From the NCBI GenBank assembly GCA_964495805.1, contig CAZBWV010000038.1, positions 14,676-78,675 on the forward strand: a DNA stretch of 64,000 bases. The letters run 5' to 3'. The DNA is from an uncultured Calditrichaceae bacterium (GTDB taxonomy: Bacteria > Calditrichota > Calditrichia > RBG-13-44-9). Of this stretch, positions 17,496 through 27,257 are shown in pieces. The position numbers were made by a program, and so were the translations under genes. The notes beneath the pieces were generated by a model, which was not told where the DNA came from, did not search any database, and was given only the letters and a program-made list of their open reading frames with translations. The stretch's first letter is position 1, and each line of letters starts with the position of its first letter.

Positions 17496-18688
17496 GAAAC
17501 CTCCCCGGCATTTTTCAGTATCCGCAAAGTGCTGAAAACCGCCAGCTCATCAAACACAAACAGCCCTACAATGGTCGCACTCAGTACAAAATTCCCGGTA
17601 TGGCCCCCGTAAAACAGGTGGAAGTTAAAGGCAATCGCCAGAGACACTCCACCGAAGGAAAGCAGTGCTTTGCCAATATCTCCGGGAAGGTCCAGATCGC
17701 ACTCCAGCCGTTTCAGACAAAACTGTCCACCCAGATATTTCCCCATGTACCGAAATACCAGAAAAGCCAGGATCAGTAAAATCTCTTCCCAGAAGCGGTA
17801 ATTCCAGGTTGCGCCGGCAAAAATAAGCAGGAACAGATAGGTTTGCTTTTCCATTCGCGCCAGCACGCGCATCACCTTGTCCGCACTGCGCGGGAACTGC
17901 GCCAGGGTGATTCCTACCACCATAGTCAGAAAAATAGGTGAGATTTTCAGGTAAAATCCCACCCCGCTCACAAAAATAACCAGCCCCAGCACCAGCAGCA
18001 GCAAATCCTCGCCGGTAAAATGCAAATGAATTAAATAATAGAACAGCAGCCCAATGACCACCCCCAGCAGCACCGTTAGCAAAAGCCACACCCCGCCGTT
18101 CATAAAACCGGGTGCAATGGGATGAAACAGCGCCATTACCACCCCGGAGAGCACAATTCCCCAGAAGGAATCCAGGCTGGAGACAAACTGAATGAAGTGA
18201 GTGAGGCTACCGCGTGCTTTGCGCTCAATCACCAGGCGGGAAATCATCAGCGGGGCGGTAATGCTACCCAGGGCTGCCAGTACCAGAACCGCTTCCACTT
18301 TGTTTTTAAAAGCGGAAGGTGCCAGCACCAGCAAGCACACCCCCAGACCAGCAAAAATCACCAGCAAAGAGGTTAAACTCTGCAAACTGGTAAAAAGGAG
18401 ATAATTCACCGGGAATTTGCGCAAATTACGCCAGCGGAGTTGTAGGCCAAACAGTAGTCCCACCCAGCCCAACGCCATGCTGATGAGCGGTTTTAAACTG
18501 CTGATGATATGAACATTCAGAAAATTAAAAAACTGGGGACCCAGAAAAACTCCCATTAAAATGTAAGGAATTCCGCTGACGATGAATCCGGAAAATAGCG
18601 GGGTCCGCATGAGCGTACTGCGACCAAAAAAGCGCGCCCCGACAAAGGTAAACAATAAAATTATCAGCAAACCTATTATGGGAGTCAT
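17492..18688 (-). CDS. Cation:proton antiporter family protein (divergent partner)
   Basis: Multi-TM; GIPYILMGVFLGP, GWVGLLFGLQL; 4-nt ATGA overlap with the downstream antiporter. Confidence 0.75.
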   Translation of the reverse strand: MTPIIGLLIILLFTFVGARFFGRSTLMRTPLFSGFIVSGIPYILMGVFLGPQFFNFLNVHIISSLKPLISMALGWVGLLFGLQLRWRNLRKFPVNYLLFTSLQSLTSLLVIFAGLGVCLLVLAPSAFKNKVEAVLVLAALGSITAPLMISRLVIERKARGSLTHFIQFVSSLDSFWGIVLSGVVMALFHPIAPGFMNGGVWLLLTVLLGVVIGLLFYYLIHLHFTGEDLLLLVLGLVIFVSGVGFYLKISPIFLTMVVGITLAQFPRSADKVMRVLARMEKQTYLFLLIFAGATWNYRFWEEILLILAFLVFRYMGKYLGGQFCLKRLECDLDLPGDIGKALLSFGGVSLAIAFNFHLFYGGHTGNFVLSATIVGLFVFDELAVFSTLRILKNAGEVS

Positions 18689-18860
18689 GTCGATACGGTC
18701 CCGGTTTCAAAAGATGGGAAGGTACACCGGAAAAGGAAATCTGTTTGCACGGTTGCAAAGATGCTCCTTCCCGCTGAGTGCATTTCCGATTGGTTTCTCC
18801 TCTAAACAGAAAACTGCGGAGAAGCCTCCAATCCGCTATCCGCCAATCCCATCTAATTAC

Positions 18861-18894
18861 TTTTGTCTTTTTTCTTTTGTCTTTTGTCTTTTTC
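18861..18894. repeat. Heptamer tandem repeat (TTTTGTC-like)
   Basis: ttttgtc ttttttc ttttgtc ttttgtc tttttc, intergenic. Confidence 0.6.
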
Positions 18895-18924
18895 TACACC
18901 TTCACTCTCTAACATTCCCACAGC

Positions 18925-20430
18925 TTATTCAAACACCTTTTCCACAGGAAGAATCTGGACATTTTCCGGTTTGACGTGGAGCGGATAGGAAGCAATCTCT
19001 TTGTCCTCTGCCAGCACATCCGGTGGCTTGGGAGTACTGTAAGAGATGGGCGAAGGCGTATTGTTCACCAGCATTTCCTTAAGCTGCCGGGCATTGCTGG
19101 TTACAAATACCACCTTCATGTTCTGGTACTGCAAATATTTTTTAATGGCTGCGTTGACGTCCTCCAGAGTGAGCTCATCCATCATTCGCCGAAAGATATC
19201 CAGATGATGTCCCCGGATTCCATAGAACTGGTCATCCAGCCAGTACCCCAATTTCATCATGGTAGTGGGGGCATAATGAAGGATGTAGTTTTTCAGGAAC
19301 TGGCGGGTGGTCTGGAATTGCTCGGGAGTCATGCCGTGGTCCACCAATTTTTGCAGTTCCCGCACCGCAGCACGGAAGGCAAACAGCCTGGCTTCGTTAG
19401 GAACGGGACGAATCCATACCTGAAAAATCTGCTGACGTCGGGCTACATTGGGTGGGGGAAATTGTCGGGAACCACCATGGGGAAAATGTTCGATATAGGA
19501 ATAGTCCCCGTAATTCAGTCCACGAGTTTCCCGAATAACCTGATAAAGATGGGAGGAGGAGTTGCGGTGCTCCCCGAACCAGGAGTTGGCAATGGCCAGG
19601 GCATAATAATCGCGGCTACCGCGCAACACAGAAATGGGAAAACCAAAACTGATGGCGGTTGCATTGGCATCTTTTTCCACAATCAACACTTCCATGCCTT
19701 GGATGGGTTTTACCTGTGGAGGTGCGGGATGCTCCGGCCGACCGGCGGGGAGTTGCTGCAGGTCCCGTTCCACCTGCCGGGCAAATTCCGCGGAATAACC
19801 GCCGCCCAGCCCCATCACCACATTGTCCCGGGTGTAAAACTGGCGATAAAAGGCTTTCACATCGTCCAGAGTAATGGATTTTAAACTGCTAACGTGACCT
19901 TCTTCAATATGTTCGTAGGGAGTCCCCTGAAAAATGAACTCGCTTAACACTTCTTTACCCAATTCCTCATCATCAGCGTAGCGCAGGGTTTTCTCCAGAT
20001 AGTTGATCATATTCGTTTTTACCCGCTGAAAATCTTCTTCCCGGAATGCCGGTTGCATGACCACTTCTTTAAAAATTGCGTAGTAAGAATTCAGATTATC
20101 CCGATGGGTGCGACCGTAGATCACGGTCATCTCTTTATCCACCTGACTGGAGATACCCGCTGCCATGGGGTACAGCATATCCAGAATTTCCTCGTAGGAA
20201 TGAGCCTGGGTGGCACCCTGGGTGATCAGGGCAGCCGTTAGCGCAGCCAGTCCTTCCTTACCTGCCGGATCGTCCTGGGAACCGGCTTTTACCCACAACC
20301 GGAACGAGATGGTGGGATCTTCCTTCACCGGTAACAGCACCATATCTTTTGTCCCTTTCTCTCCACAACCATTTGTTATCGCCAAAAGGAATAATATCAT
20401 CAAGAACAGAGCAGATGTTCGTTTCATCAT
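18925..20430 (-). CDS. M16 peptidase family, non-catalytic (beta-like) subunit; probable lipoprotein
   Basis: PAGKEGLAALTAALITQG, VIRETRGLNYG; no HxxEH motif; signal peptide ending in a Cys (ITNGC). Confidence 0.8.
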   Translation of the reverse strand: MMKRTSALFLMILFLLAITNGCGEKGTKDMVLLPVKEDPTISFRLWVKAGSQDDPAGKEGLAALTAALITQGATQAHSYEEILDMLYPMAAGISSQVDKEMTVIYGRTHRDNLNSYYAIFKEVVMQPAFREEDFQRVKTNMINYLEKTLRYADDEELGKEVLSEFIFQGTPYEHIEEGHVSSLKSITLDDVKAFYRQFYTRDNVVMGLGGGYSAEFARQVERDLQQLPAGRPEHPAPPQVKPIQGMEVLIVEKDANATAISFGFPISVLRGSRDYYALAIANSWFGEHRNSSSHLYQVIRETRGLNYGDYSYIEHFPHGGSRQFPPPNVARRQQIFQVWIRPVPNEARLFAFRAAVRELQKLVDHGMTPEQFQTTRQFLKNYILHYAPTTMMKLGYWLDDQFYGIRGHHLDIFRRMMDELTLEDVNAAIKKYLQYQNMKVVFVTSNARQLKEMLVNNTPSPISYSTPKPPDVLAEDKEIASYPLHVKPENVQILPVEKVFE

Positions 20431-21761
20431 TTTTCCCCTTTCAAAATAATCACCGTGCGATGCTTTTTAACAAAATACTTTTGCGCAGCAGCCTGAATGT
20501 CCGCCGGTGTGACCGCCTGCAAATTATTGTAGAAAGTATCGATTTCCTCAATACCGCCGGTTAGCGCCACAAAACGGGCCAGATTACCGGCTATGTGATC
20601 CGGCGTGTCCAGCGCCATCAAAAAGCCATAGCGCACCCGTTTCTTAATCTTCTCCAGCTGCTCCGCCGATACAGGTTCCTTCTGAAACTGAACGATGGTT
20701 TGTTCAATTTTCTGTTCCACATAAGGGATGTCCTGTTCCTGTTTCACGATGGCATAAACGGAAAACAGGTTAGGATCGCGGCTAAAGGGGAAATAGCCAC
20801 CCACCGTTTGCACTTTTTGTTCGCGCAGCACCAGCTGTTTGTACAGCTCGCTATTTTCGCCAAACGCCAGATCGGCCAATAAATCCGCTGCCGCAATCAA
20901 CCGGTTGTGCGGATCAAATGCATCGCTCTTGTACGCCATCCATAAAATGGGAAGGGTTCGCCCGGGGTAATGAACCACTTTTCGGCGCTCCTTTGTCTGC
21001 TCCGGTTCCGGCGTAATTTTGGGCGGTACATATCCCGGCTGCCAGTTGCCATAATATTTCTGAATGAGTTGCTTGGCCTGCTCAGGATCGAAATCGCCCA
21101 CAATGAGCAACACCACATTTTCCGGCCGGTAGTAACGTTTGAAAAAATTCAAACTATACTGGTAAAGATTGGGCATGTTTTTGATATCGCGTTCGAACCC
21201 AATGGTGGTATGCTTATACGTATGCACATCGAAAGCCAGATTTTGCAACTCCTCAAAAAGCACCGAATAGGGATTAACCCGTCCCTTGCGGTACTCTCCG
21301 TAAACGGCGCCCGCTTCGGTTTTGAAAGCCGTCTCGTCGTAGGAAAGATTTTGAAACCGATCCGACTCCAGTTCCATCACTTTTTCCAGTGCTTCGGTGG
21401 GGAAGGTAAGATGGAAGCAGGTATAGTCATCGGTGGTGTACGCATTGGCATCGGCACCCATTTTGGTAATCAGTTTATCGTACATGGAACCGGGATACTT
21501 CCTGGTACCGCGAAACATCATGTGCTCAAAAAAATGAGCAAAACCGGAGCGCCCCGGTTCCCATTCGTCCCGGCTGCCGGTGCGTACTATACTGTAATAG
21601 GCCACCAATCCGCTGCCGTGAACCGGAATCAGATAAGCCTTCAGCCCGTTATCCAGTTTATATAACTGGTACGAATACGGAAAAAACGATTCCGTTGAAT
21701 GCCCCATTATCATGCCTCCCAATAGAAGAAAAACAAACACAACTCGTGCATATGGTTTCAT
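20427..21761 (-). CDS. M16B zinc peptidase (pitrilysin/PqqL-like), catalytic subunit
   Basis: GFAHFFEHMMFRGT inverted zinc motif, NAYTTDD, EAGAVYGE; overlaps its partner gene. Confidence 0.92.
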   Translation of the reverse strand: MKPYARVVFVFLLLGGMIMGHSTESFFPYSYQLYKLDNGLKAYLIPVHGSGLVAYYSIVRTGSRDEWEPGRSGFAHFFEHMMFRGTRKYPGSMYDKLITKMGADANAYTTDDYTCFHLTFPTEALEKVMELESDRFQNLSYDETAFKTEAGAVYGEYRKGRVNPYSVLFEELQNLAFDVHTYKHTTIGFERDIKNMPNLYQYSLNFFKRYYRPENVVLLIVGDFDPEQAKQLIQKYYGNWQPGYVPPKITPEPEQTKERRKVVHYPGRTLPILWMAYKSDAFDPHNRLIAAADLLADLAFGENSELYKQLVLREQKVQTVGGYFPFSRDPNLFSVYAIVKQEQDIPYVEQKIEQTIVQFQKEPVSAEQLEKIKKRVRYGFLMALDTPDHIAGNLARFVALTGGIEEIDTFYNNLQAVTPADIQAAAQKYFVKKHRTVIILKGEK

Positions 21762-21900
21762 TCCGCACCTCTATTCTTTTTCTAAACGGTTCGCGTTTAA
21801 ACGTCGAAAAATAGTTACTCCAATTTTTCATTCTCCGGGAAGAAACAATGGACATCCCGCACTTATTTTCATTAAAACAAGCATGAACCATCAGGCGAAT

Positions 21901-22506
21901 TCATTTTTGCCCGATTCCATCGAATAATTCGGTTTCCAGTAAATCGCACAAAATGTGTATGAGCACTCCGTGGACTTCCTGAATCCGGGCGGTCTCACGG
22001 GAATCGACAATCAGTGGTAAATCCACCATTTTTTTTAAGGCACCACCATCCCCACCCAGGATGCCAATAACTCGAACACCTTTTTGACGGGCTAAGCGGG
22101 TGGCTTCCACAACGTTGGGGGAATTTCCGCTGGTGCTGAAAACTACCAGCACGTCACCTTCCCTGCCCAGTGCTTCCACCTGACGTGCAAACACGTTCTT
22201 GAAGCCGTAATCATTTGCGCCAGCCGTCAGGATGGAGGTATCGGTGGTTAGAGCCAGGGCAGGGATTGCCGGACGATTGAAACCGCTACGCAGTCGCACG
22301 ACTAATTCTGCCACAAAGTGCTGGGCATCCGCAGCGCTGCCTCCATTCCCGCAGGCTAAGATTTTTCCGCCCTGACGTATGGCGCTCACCAGCATTTCCG
22401 TTGCCTGCAGCAATGATTCTTGCAGTTGCTCCTGCGTCCGGGCAAGCGTTTCGATGCTTCGGTGAAATGCTGCCTGGACTCGCTCTCTCTTCCTGTCTAT
22501 GTTCAT
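21901..22506 (-). CDS. gmhA: Phosphoheptose isomerase
   Basis: CGNGGSAADAQH, LTTDTS, NDYG, FSTSGNS, RIQEVH; alternative GTG start at 22515. Confidence 0.93.
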   Translation of the reverse strand: MNIDRKRERVQAAFHRSIETLARTQEQLQESLLQATEMLVSAIRQGGKILACGNGGSAADAQHFVAELVVRLRSGFNRPAIPALALTTDTSILTAGANDYGFKNVFARQVEALGREGDVLVVFSTSGNSPNVVEATRLARQKGVRVIGILGGDGGALKKMVDLPLIVDSRETARIQEVHGVLIHILCDLLETELFDGIGQK

Positions 22507-22531
22507 TCGATTCACTCGTTTTTATGATGAA

Positions 22532-23284
22532 TTACATTTGATGGATTGCCCGGGCAAACTCCTGCAGGTAGTTCAAATTTCCCTGGGTTTCGAAAAAGTT
22601 TCCCACCACCACGAATCGGGCACCCGCATCAACTTTGCGGGCTGCTTCTTCCGGAGTCCGGATTCCCCCACCGACGATCACCGGAATGGACACCACCTGC
22701 GAAACCGCCTGAATCATCTCCTCCGGCACGGTCAGTCGCGCTCCGCTGCCGGCTTCCAGATAAATCATTTTGAACCCCAGAAATTCGGCAGCCAGAGCAT
22801 GAGCCAGTGCCAGGTCCGGTTTGTCCCGGGGAATCGGTTTGGTGTTGCTCATAAACTCCGCGCTGGTGATACCACCCGATTCAATTAGCATGTAAGCACA
22901 GGAAATGGGTTCGATGCCCAGGCGCCAGATTATTGGCGCTGCCTGCACCTGGGTGTCGATTAAATGGGTGGGATTGCGACCGCTAATCAGGGACAGGTAC
23001 AGAATGGCATCGGCGTGGGCGGAAATCTGGCGTAAACTACCCGGAAAAATCACCACTGGCATCCCATCGGATGCCTGTTTGACCCGGGCGACAAACTCAT
23101 CAAAATTTTCCTGAAGCATCAGGGAACCCCCAATAAACAGCACGTCCACACCCTGTGCCTTCATTTCCGAAACCGCTTCCTCCACCTGTTCCAGGGCAAG
23201 TTTATCCGGATCCAGCAACAATACAAACCCTGCCCCTTTTTCCCGTTGAATGGTCTGAAGTCGTTCGAACGTATCTGTTCTCAT
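22532..23284 (-). CDS. Geranylgeranylglyceryl-phosphate synthase family, group II-like
   Basis: LLLDPDK, FIGGS, IFPG, SLISGRNP, YMLIESG, YLEAGSGA, VGGGIR. Confidence 0.9.
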   Translation of the reverse strand: MRTDTFERLQTIQREKGAGFVLLLDPDKLALEQVEEAVSEMKAQGVDVLFIGGSLMLQENFDEFVARVKQASDGMPVVIFPGSLRQISAHADAILYLSLISGRNPTHLIDTQVQAAPIIWRLGIEPISCAYMLIESGGITSAEFMSNTKPIPRDKPDLALAHALAAEFLGFKMIYLEAGSGARLTVPEEMIQAVSQVVSIPVIVGGGIRTPEEAARKVDAGARFVVVGNFFETQGNLNYLQEFARAIHQM

Positions 23285-23479
23285 GTGCCTTTCCGATGCC
23301 AGTTTATGGCAAAAATAACACCCATCCCATAGGAAAGCAAGATATTTGGGAGCCAGTTCCTTTTGCGTCTGACGGAATCATTCGGTGAAGGTGAAATTGT
23401 GGAGTGACCCAAAATTTTTACCTGATCGAAAGATTTTTCTTTCACCGGCCCGGATTTTTCACTATATTGTTTTCGAAAT

Positions 23480-23498
23480 AATATTAATAACCATTACT
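23480..23498 (+). promoter_or_regulatory. Candidate Fur/PerR-type box upstream of rubrerythrin-bacterioferritin
   Basis: AATATTAATAACCATTACT matches 13 of 19 positions of GATAATGATAATCATTATC; the region is AT-rich, so a chance match is possible. Confidence 0.35.
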
Positions 23499-23515
23499 AA
23501 TTTAAGGAGGCAATT

Positions 23516-24019
23516 ATGCACAAGATGACGGAAAAATTTTTACACGATGCGTTTGCCGGTGAATCCATGGCGCATATGAAATACATGGCATTTAGCGAAA
23601 TTGCCGAAAAGGAGGGTTTCCCCAAAGTGGCAAAACTGTTTCGTGCCATAGCCTATGCAGAAATGGTGCACGCTGTGAACCATGCCCGGAATCTGGGACT
23701 TCTGGGAAAAACCGCTGAAAATCTTCAATCCGGTATCGACGGAGAGAATTTTGAGATCACCGAAATGTACCCGGCTTACAAAGCGGTTGCAGAGCTACAG
23801 GAAGAGAAGAAAGCTGTCCGTTCGATGAATTTTGCTCTGGAAGCTGAGAAAATTCACGAAGAACTGTACAAACTGGCTCTTCAGCAGGTACGGGAGGGGA
23901 AAGATATGGATATTGAAGATGTGTACATCTGTCCGGTGTGCGGCCACACGCACATTGGCAAACCCACGGAAAAATGCCCCATCTGCGGATTGCCACCGGA
24001 AAAATACAAAAAGTTCTAA
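23516..24019 (+). CDS. rbr: Rubrerythrin
   Basis: AFAGESMA, AEMVHA, ENFEITEMY, AEKIH diiron motifs; C-terminal CPVCG/CPICG rubredoxin; AAGGAGG RBS. Confidence 0.93.
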   Translation: MHKMTEKFLHDAFAGESMAHMKYMAFSEIAEKEGFPKVAKLFRAIAYAEMVHAVNHARNLGLLGKTAENLQSGIDGENFEITEMYPAYKAVAELQEEKKAVRSMNFALEAEKIHEELYKLALQQVREGKDMDIEDVYICPVCGHTHIGKPTEKCPICGLPPEKYKKF

Positions 24020-24037
24020 TATAAGGAGAAATTTACC

Positions 24038-24535
24038 ATGCACGAAAAAAGCATTGAATTGCTGAACAAAGCGGTTGCCGATGAACTTTCGGCAGTTCAT
24101 CAGTACATGTATTTTCATTTTCATTGCGACGATCAGGGTTACGACTTGCTGGCCGGATTATTCAAGCGCACTGCCATCGAAGAAATGTTGCACATTGAGC
24201 GCCTGGCCGAACGGATTCTATTTTTAAAAGGCGAAGTGGAAATGAAAGCCTCTGCGGAGGTGCAAAAGATTCAAGATGTCAAAGAAATGCTGAAACTGGT
24301 GTCTCAGATGGAAGAGAATGCCATTCTGGATTACAACCGCTGGGCTAACGAATGTTCGGCCAACGCAGATTCGGTATCGAAAAAGCTGTTTGAGGACCTG
24401 GTAGCGGATGAGGAACGGCACTACGACCAGTTTGACACCGAACTGGAGAATCTGGCCAAATTTGGCGATGGTTACCTGGCGTTGCAATCCATCGAACGCA
24501 GCAAAAACGTCGCCGCCGGTACTACGCCTGAATAG
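24038..24535 (+). CDS. bfr: Bacterioferritin
   Basis: Ferroxidase ligands DELSAVHQY, EEMLH (including the heme Met), MEEN, DEERH. Confidence 0.9.
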   Translation: MHEKSIELLNKAVADELSAVHQYMYFHFHCDDQGYDLLAGLFKRTAIEEMLHIERLAERILFLKGEVEMKASAEVQKIQDVKEMLKLVSQMEENAILDYNRWANECSANADSVSKKLFEDLVADEERHYDQFDTELENLAKFGDGYLALQSIERSKNVAAGTTPE

Positions 24536-24550
24536 AAACATTTGAATCAC

Positions 24551-24580
24551 AAAACCCGGGAATCGATTCCCGGGTTTTTT
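24551..24580. terminator. Rho-independent bidirectional terminator
   Basis: aaaacccgggaat-cg-attcccgggtttt perfect palindrome with A and T tails, between convergent genes. Confidence 0.85.
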
Positions 24581-24700
24581 ATTTCGTCTTCCACACAGAG
24601 CTCACGTGTAACACAGATTGCCTGGAGTTAAGAGTACGATTCTACCGCACAGTCATTTTTTCACCGAAGCTCCGGGCCACAAACCATCTTTCTACTGCCC

Positions 24701-25228
24701 TTACGCTCCTAATTTTAATTGAATAAACCCTGGCTTTAATTTTACGGTTCGCTCGGGGAATTGCACCACCACATTCCCACTCTCGGTAATTTCCATTACC
24801 ACTCCTTCCCCCAGCGTGGGATGCACCACCCGATTCCCCACAAAACTGCGGCGCCGGAATTCCTCCTCGGGTAAAATATGCAACAGCAATAAAATGGCTT
24901 TTTCCTGTTCCTCGCGATGGTTGTGGGGAGCCTTCAGCACCTCTTCCACTCCCGATAGTTTCCCTTTGCGGAGCACTTTGCGAATGGCATCCCGGAAATC
25001 CTGGAGGGGCACCGACCACACGTTTTTATTCGGGCGTTTAATTCGAATTTTAAAATTGGTTTTACCGGAGAATTCGACCACTTCATCCTTTAGCTGAGGG
25101 ATGGTAACCGTTCGTTTTTCCATCAGATTGGCAATTATGACGTGTTCCAGTTCTTCCACAAACTGATTTTCCAGTTGCTGGAAATTTTCCGAAAAGCTGG
25201 AAGAAGTAAATAAATTTGGATCAATCAT
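24701..25228 (-). CDS. Hypothetical protein with C-terminal PcrA/UvrD-like Tudor domain
   Basis: Start set at MIDPNL (GGGGG upstream); C-terminus VGNRVVHPTLGEGVVMEITESGNVVVQF. Confidence 0.65.
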   Translation of the reverse strand: MIDPNLFTSSSFSENFQQLENQFVEELEHVIIANLMEKRTVTIPQLKDEVVEFSGKTNFKIRIKRPNKNVWSVPLQDFRDAIRKVLRKGKLSGVEEVLKAPHNHREEQEKAILLLLHILPEEEFRRRSFVGNRVVHPTLGEGVVMEITESGNVVVQFPERTVKLKPGFIQLKLGA

Positions 25229-25443
25229 ACATCCCCCTTTCAGGGCAATATGGATGCATCCACAGAAATAGGAAAAAAATCCCAAAATCAAATTTATGGC
25301 AGGAAACATTAAAAATCAACCGAACGGTCGTTAAAAATGAAAATTTTTATCGGAGAAAATGAAAATCGAAAAAATTTTATTCTTGCAAAAAATTCAACTT
25401 TTCACAAAATTCCCGGCTCAAGTCATATAAATGGAGAGGCTCG

Positions 25444-26979
25444 ATGAAAACCTACGCATTAACCAACCCTCTGATTCAATTTCTGGATAAACCCAACACC
25501 GATTTCACCCGGGAGGATTTACTCAAAATAGTGGAAGAGAAACAGATTGAACGAATTACGTTTCACTATACCGGACTGGACGGGAAACTGAAAGAGTTAA
25601 AAATCCCGGTAAGCAACCGTCGTCAGGCGGAACGCATTCTGGCCGATGGAGAGCGGGTGGATGGTTCTTCCCTGTTCAAAGGTATGGTGGATGCTTCCCT
25701 GTCTGACCTGTACGTGGTGCCGGTGTACAAAACCGCTTTTCTCAACCCATTCGACCAGGGGAGTCTGGATTTCATTTGCCGCTACCTTACCAGCGACGGA
25801 GAACGGGCGCCGTTTGCGCTGGATAATATTTTACATAATGCCTGCGTGCAGTTCAAAAAAAGCACTGGTCTGGAATTTTACGCACTGGGAGAACTGGAAT
25901 TCTTTCTGCTTAGCGATCCCACGGTCAAAATCTTCCCCGCACAAAAACAACGGAGCTACCAGGCTTCGGCACCATTCATTAAAAGTGGTGAAATTCTGAA
26001 CGAAATGGTGCGCTACATTGCCCAGATTACCGGGGCGGTAAAGTATGCCCATAGTGAGGTGGGGTATGTGGAAAGCGTACGCAGCGATATTGACGAAATT
26101 CGTGGCAAGCGTGCCGAACAGTTAGAGATTGAGTTTTTGCCCACCCCCATTGAAGACACCGGCGACAACCTGGTGCTGGGACGCTGGCTCATCCGCAACG
26201 TGGCGTTCCGACACGGATGCGTGGCCACTTTTACCCCCAAAATCGAAGAAGGCATTGCCGGCAACGGACTGCACATTCATACCGAAATCCGTAAAAACGG
26301 GAAAAACATTATGGTGGAAGAGGATGGCAACCTCTCGCGGGAAGCCCGACAGTTAATTGGTGGATTGTGCCATTACGCGGATACCCTCACCGCTTTTGGC
26401 AATACGGTATCCTCCGCATATTTGCGTCTGGTACCGGATCAGGAAGCACCGACCCGTATTTCCTGGAGCGATTTAAACCGCAGCGCCATGATTCGTGTCC
26501 CGCTGGGATGGTCGAAAGTCTCCAATCTGGCGCGGCTGCTAAATCCCCAGCAGAAGACCGCTTTTCAGGAGCCGGAAGGTCGCCAGACGGTGGAACTGCG
26601 CAGCCCCGACGGAAGCGCCATCGTACACCTGTTGCTGGCGGGAATGACCATGGCAGCTGAGTGGGGACTCACCCATACCGAATCGCTGGAACTGGCCGAA
26701 CAACTTTATGTCACCGGAAATATTTTCAAAAACAAAAAGCTGCTGCGCAAACTTCCCGCTCTTCCCGGCAGTTGCGTGGAATCTGCCAGGTTGCTGCGTA
26801 AAAAACGCCAGCTTTACCAGCGAAACGGAATTTTCCCGGAGAGCATTATTAATTACGTGGCCGATCTGCTGGAAGCGGAAAACGATGCGCACATGAACGA
26901 TCGTCTGATCGACCTGCCCGCCGATGATCGTCTGCACGAAACCCGAAAAATCATGCACAAGGATATTCACCGCCACTAA
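25444..26979 (+). CDS. glnA: Glutamine synthetase family protein (Bacteroides-like GS)
   Basis: VDGSS, ELEFF, HSEVG, EQLEIEF, GNGLHIH, NRSAMIRVP, VELRSPD. Confidence 0.85.
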   Translation: MKTYALTNPLIQFLDKPNTDFTREDLLKIVEEKQIERITFHYTGLDGKLKELKIPVSNRRQAERILADGERVDGSSLFKGMVDASLSDLYVVPVYKTAFLNPFDQGSLDFICRYLTSDGERAPFALDNILHNACVQFKKSTGLEFYALGELEFFLLSDPTVKIFPAQKQRSYQASAPFIKSGEILNEMVRYIAQITGAVKYAHSEVGYVESVRSDIDEIRGKRAEQLEIEFLPTPIEDTGDNLVLGRWLIRNVAFRHGCVATFTPKIEEGIAGNGLHIHTEIRKNGKNIMVEEDGNLSREARQLIGGLCHYADTLTAFGNTVSSAYLRLVPDQEAPTRISWSDLNRSAMIRVPLGWSKVSNLARLLNPQQKTAFQEPEGRQTVELRSPDGSAIVHLLLAGMTMAAEWGLTHTESLELAEQLYVTGNIFKNKKLLRKLPALPGSCVESARLLRKKRQLYQRNGIFPESIINYVADLLEAENDAHMNDRLIDLPADDRLHETRKIMHKDIHRH

Positions 26980-27017
26980 AAGCCGGAACGAACCGCATCC
27001 CAAACTTTTATCCATTC

Positions 27018-27044
27018 GGGAACCTGATCGACAGTCAGGTTCCC
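27018..27044 (+). terminator. Hairpin after the GS gene
   Basis: gggaacctga / tcaggttccc 10-bp stem followed by a pyrimidine tract. Confidence 0.55.
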
Positions 27045-27257
27045 TCCCCTTCCTCCCTTCTCTTTACTATATATTCTTTTCTCTTTCCCGGCGCCGGAAC
27101 AACTCTCTTCTTTTTTCATTGAATATAGACCTGTTTCCCCTGCGGAATGGGAAAACAGCAAAATTTAATCCTATTGAAATACCAGCGGAGTTTATGTATA
27201 TTCATTCTTTAAAATTAGGGACTTATGATTGCTTCAAATTTTGCTGCAGGATATAGA

